Part shown: positions 46,201 to 64,000 of the stretch, in pieces
How the letters are laid out: each line of letters begins with the position of its first letter
Numbering within the stretch: position 1 is the first letter of the stretch
Assembly: GCA_051362555.1 (NCBI GenBank)
Contig: CM120640.1
Coordinates: 64,520,788 to 64,584,787, forward strand
Source: Lingula anatina
Taxonomy: Eukaryota; Animalia; Brachiopoda
Direction of reading: 5' to 3'
DNA length: 64,000 nucleotides
Position numbers and translations under genes: made by a program
Notes under the pieces: model-generated
Databases searched by the model: none
What the model was told of the DNA's origin: nothing
What the model saw: only the letters and a program-made list of their open reading frames with translations

Positions 46201-49200
46201 AAAAATCAATATGCAATCCAGGAAGGGGGTAACCAAATACCATCATATAGCTTACAATAGTATATCTTAAAGAAATACTAAAGAGTTTCATAACATTTTC
46301 CTAAAAAGTGTTTGCATTTAACATTTGTGTAATGGAACTATTTATGAACACCAAGCTTCACTGATCTAAATCTTTTTTTTTTTTTTTTACAAATTTTGAA
46401 TGATTCTGTGACTAAGAATAACAAAACAACAAATAAAGTGACTTCCTTTAAGGATACCTTTATTCTTTCTTCATTAGTTGGCACTTTTATGTGCTCCTCA
46501 TCAATACCAAAAGGAGCTTGTTTTACTGGATCTAAGAAATCTGTGAAATAACAACACATGATATAATATAAAAATACATGATAAATATTAAAACACACAC
46601 ACACACACACTAAGAGTGTATTCCCAGAGATTTTAGATCGATCTATCCCTGTGGGGAGTCTCACTAGATTACTGTCAGATAATCCAGCTTAAATGTCCGT
46701 CCCGCCTACTACAAGCTGTAAGGGGGTAATTAACTTTCATGCCCGCTCGGCTGACAGCTATAGCGTGAACCTCCAGGGAGTTAGGTCGATCTAGTTTGGG
46801 TCGATCTAATCTCTGGGAATGGGGTCTTAGAAAACACATGCACACAGGGATAGGAACAGAGTACACTGATCTTTCATAAATGTTGCTCTGATTCCTGTCT
46901 TTGAACCCAATAATCCACAAACTTTCTTTAATTTTTTGTGAGGAATCAAACTCACATTGATACATTTATGAGTAAACAAATAAAATGATATCAGAATGAT
47001 TAAAAAGGGTAGCAATGTATGCCATTATATAAAACAAGCTTTTTCTATTTATGTGAAATAGTAGATATACCTTTGGTTCCTTTTCTGACACTTTCCATGT
47101 ACTTCTTTTCTTTCAGTTTTTTAGTTTCATCTCTCCATTCTTTCAGCTGAGCGATGTCTCTAGAAAATGTATAGTGTAAATTTGAGAGGGTGTGTTTCTT
47201 CATTTTTTATAAAGGAATGAGCTTCATAAAAATCCCTTTAAACATAATACCTTGAAGATATATACTGCTTGTTGAATAAAAAAAATTTCTGATAACTAAT
47301 ATACTACCCTTTCATCTGCAAAATTTATGATCATCTGAAAATGCTTAAAAGAAAGTGAATGTGTGCCACTTATAAAATGAAATTTCAGTGAATGCTTTAT
47401 AGTCCAGACATAGTATGCTCACTTTCTTCTCTGCAAAATAGCATCAGTCTTTTCATTGAACTCCCTGTGCTTGGCTAATTTTCGCTCCTCTCTGGCCTTT
47501 TGTTGAATGAGGTCTATTGATGGTGGAGAAGGATACTTGGCGAGTTCCACAGGCTTCTTTTTCTTTTTTACTCTTTTCCTGAAGAATACAAATAATAGTA
47601 TTTATAAAATCACTTCATGAAGCTTAAAGTTTACAATGTCACTTTTTATGACACTGTCCATAGCTTTTTTAAAGCCATTGGTCTACTTGGTTTTGTTTTA
47701 AAAAACCAAGAAGTACCATTGCTGAGCACTGTTATTGAGTGATATATATATATTTAAATTAAAATTTACTTCTTACTCAGCCCTGGTCCGAGCTCTCTTG
47801 TTATTATTTTACAAGTAACAGTACTTTGCAAATGTTTGTAAAAGGTTCTAATATTGCACATCCTGATAACAGGTGCTTCCACAAATAAATTAGTATTAGT
47901 GATAATGTAATTAGAAAGTGACAAAGTCAACATGAACATATTTTCATTACTGACTATGAATCTAAAGAAATCTGAATAATGAAGATGGTAAAATAAAATT
48001 CCAAAGATAAAAATAAATAAAAAATTAACCATATTTTCAGCTTAGTTCAATCGAAAATGTCTTCTGTTTGTTGAAATCATCAAGTGCCACTTTATTTTTA
48101 TCTGAAATATTAGAAAAAAAAAAAACTCACCCTTCTTTTCTTTCTACCATTCCCAGAGCACCAGCCTTTTTATATTTTTCAATCTGTTGTTGTTTAAACT
48201 CTTCATAACTTTTTGGTTTATGTAGTGCTGCAGTCTGAGGTACTGGACCAAATGTCTCTGAGTCACTGTGCTGAACTGAGCCTCTGTGTTTACTTGATTT
48301 ACTACTAGGAAGTGACTTGAATTCTTCGACTGACCTTGAACTTGAAGAAGACTCATTTTCTTCATGAATTGTCAGCTTGTCTAATCTGAGATCTGTAAGG
48401 AACATTTTAATGCTTGTAAAAGTGGTGCAAGGTGCAAACATTATATTTTTTTGTTTTTAACTGAACAGATGCTTCCTCCAAAAACTCACCAACATACATA
48501 TGCTGCAAAAACTTTCACAAAATTCCTTTTTATTCAATGCTACAGTTACTTCTCAGAAACTGCACATTGTGTGACAAACTAGCTTACATAGCATACATGT
48601 CATTAGGAATGCAAGTGAATGGAAAAATGCACAAATTCCTTTTGTCTTTAAGAGGATGTATACAACAGGTTTCTTTTGTTTTAAATTTTATTATAAATCT
48701 TCAGTTGTTTAATTCTTACCTGTATTAAGAGGCAATCCCTGTGATTTGGCAAATAGGAGTTCTCTGAGATATGTGAGGATATCATGAGTTCCTTTCTCTA
48801 TAACCTCAGCAGGGGGAAACTCCAGTGGATTGTTATTAATGTTCAGCCCATTTAGGGACATGACTAGACCTGACATTGAATTTTGGAATCTTTAGTCTAC
48901 ACATACTTTAATTACACTAAGCATGTTATGGTGCAATAAATAAATGCTATGCATATTTATGCATTATGATAAAAATGTATCCAATAAAAAATGGCACTAT
49001 ATTTTCTTAATAATTTTCATCTCGCAAGGCAATGATTTAATTATACAAGCTAAATTCACAGGTTAAATAATTCTTTATAAACAGTCTGACACCATCTTTA
49101 CATTAATCTCTGGAGAGATATTTTCTGCTGCATAAATCAATGAGATTTTAATTAAATAAAATGGCAAGCTACCAACCTAGCTCCAATGGGAGTGACTTCA

Positions 49201-50012
49201 ATTCATTGTGCTCTAACAGCAAGTTCCTCAGATTCTGATGGCTTCCAATGTATGCACTGGGTATATTCACAATATAGTTGTGCCTGAGATCTAGCCATTT
49301 CAATCTTGGGAAGCATTCAAAGAAATTTTCTGGGATATGGCATAACTGGTTACCTTCCAAGTAAATATACTGAAACATATAAAGCAATCTTACCACAAAC
49401 TTACATAGGTGAATGTAATTCAATACATATGAAATATATATAAAGAGTTAGATAAACCTTCACAAAAAGAAACTAGATGACTGTTTTAGAAGACACATTT
49501 ATTTGCAACAAATATTACTACTACTATATCAGATATATATATGTATATTTTTATCATAAATACATCATGTAAAAAATAATATCCACAAATTCAATAATTT
49601 GCAAAATTAAAAGAAAGAAACTGGAAATATAACACTTATTAAAATTTGGAGTGTTCTATAAATTTCATGGCTACTAGCTCAATCAGTATCAAAATAATAC
49701 GATTTATAATACCTCTAAATGATTCAATTGAAGAAGTTCACTTGGAATTTGCTTTAATCCCTTTCTACTCAAATCTATAAATTGAGCACCAGACTCTGCA
49801 CACTGCTGAATAAGTCTTGTTACTAAATCTTCGTTTCTTTGATTATCTATCTTAGTCCTTGCTGATAAATCCATATCACCATTAATTTGTAGGTCTAACC
49901 CCACATCACCATTCATTTGGCATTTTTTGCTTCCAACTAGATGGTCAACACTTGACATATCCGATTCCGACATATCTGAAGAATGCACATAGTCTTGCGT
50001 TGAAGGATTCAT
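43272..50012 (-). CDS. LRRC27: Leucine-rich repeat-containing protein 27-like
   Basis: 10 exons: 50012-49713, 49369-49177, 48869-48720, 48392-48131, 47578-47423, 47159-47071, 46540-46458, 45886-45810, 45646-45520, 43394-43272 (1560 nt, phases consistent). LRRs IDLSRKGL, IYLEGNQL, LKWLDLRHNYI, LRNLLLEHNELKSLPLELG, GLNINNNPLEFPP; charged coiled-coil C-half with LKEWRDE and LEYRFKAFT. Head-to-head with STK32, as recalled for human LRRC27/STK32C. The first in-frame ATG (MNPSTQ) is taken as the start. Confidence 0.85.
46066..46221. mobile_element. Fold-back MITE (imperfect hairpin)
   Basis: ATTGATTTTTCACTGAATATTCACAGATGTCTCTGG pairs with CCAGAGACACATCTGTGAATATCTAGTAAAAAATCAAT. Confidence 0.6.
46620..46820. 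mobile_element. CACTA/EnSpm-like MITE (CCCAG termini)
   Basis: ATTCCCAGAGATT(TT)AGATCGA versus TCGATCTAATCTCTGGGAAT; further internal inverted match CTGTCAG / CTGACAG. Confidence 0.65.
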
Positions 50013-50633
50013 GTTGGTGTAGTCATTTATGATCGCATGATCCACTGCAGATTCCTTCTTTGTGCATAAGCAGACAAAAATATCGCATGAAGGGACATAT
50101 CGACTTCAACCATCTCCAAACATCCAATATGGCGGATGTCAACAAATCACCATAGCGATTGTTTGATCACGTGAATGCATATATATCTCGCAAAGTACAT
50201 TATTTAAACAATTTATTTTTATACCATATGTTACCAAGAACAAACCTTTGTCTATCACACAATCAAACTAAAGTTAAATTATCCTGTAGCAATTAGACTA
50301 TTTCATTCAACCCGTGCCCCTAAACCAGTGACCTAGCTAAAGGTAAAGTAGGTCAAATAGCTGTTGCAAGATCACCAATTCACACTTGAATAAACGAGGC
50401 GTACACATGAACAGAGTGTCAATATCCGCGTGCACTCACCTACAGGTACACGCCTTTCTACCAGGAAAATGCAGATACTGAGTTAGAGGAAATGCATGGC
50501 CAAACACCACCACCAGTGAGAGAGTTTGAATTCAGTTACGGAAAGATAGTATTTGCGGTTTGACCGCCGTTGGTGCGATCCTGCCGTGTGCAGAATCCGC
50601 CAGCTGCAAGAATAACTCAAGATTGGGTGCACC
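50013..50633. promoter_or_regulatory. Bidirectional promoter region LRRC27 / STK32
   Basis: Only 621 bp between divergent ATGs; CpG-containing; YY1-like AATATGGCGG (50126-50135), X-box-like ATCACCATAGCGAT (50146-50159) and E-box CACGTG (50168-50173). Confidence 0.7.
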
Positions 50634-63720
<13,087 letters not shown>

Positions 63721-64000
63721 GTAAAAATAAATTAAATATGATGGCTAATTTTGCTACAAAATATGTTTGTTTATAATAAGACCAATCCTATGTTCAGATG
63801 CTTTAAGGTGACAGTGTGTCAAACACTTCATCTAAACAATGAGATATCATTTAAAAGTAAATATTGCTTAAATGCTTTTAAGTAACTAGTGTCCGATGAG
63901 AAAGGGACAAATTTTTTATTCCCCCTTCTGCTTTGCACATGTTGGTTGGTCAGTCCATAAATCAGTTGATCTGTCAGTGTGTCCTCTATCATTTGGTTCA

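Overview
AT-rich, intron-rich animal genomic DNA (GT-AG introns, MITEs, microsatellites); an invertebrate, with a mollusc or other lophotrochozoan inferred but not shown. Five protein-coding genes can be spliced by eye with consistent intron phases. (1) A minus-strand secreted protein with signal peptide, Cys-containing N-terminus, long glycosylated coiled coil and a MAM domain, running off the left edge. (2) RNF4 (+, complete, 218 aa). (3) FAM193A-like (+, complete, 18 coding exons, 1560 aa). (4) LRRC27-like (-, complete, about 519 aa). (5) STK32/YANK kinase (+, running off the right edge), head-to-head with LRRC27. Mobile DNA: a full-length but decayed Tc1 (DD34E) element, two Helentron-type non-autonomous elements (HINEs), a probable Kolobok-like element, and several Harbinger- and CACTA-like MITEs. 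Most notable: the coiled-coil/MAM protein carries N-glycosylation sequons in exact 21-residue register, and its second exon regenerates the exon-1 splice donor (candidate recursive-splicing exon). The RNF4-FAM193-LRRC27-STK32 block also joins two gene pairs that are adjacent in human on different chromosomes. No database search was run; names rest on remembered family motifs.
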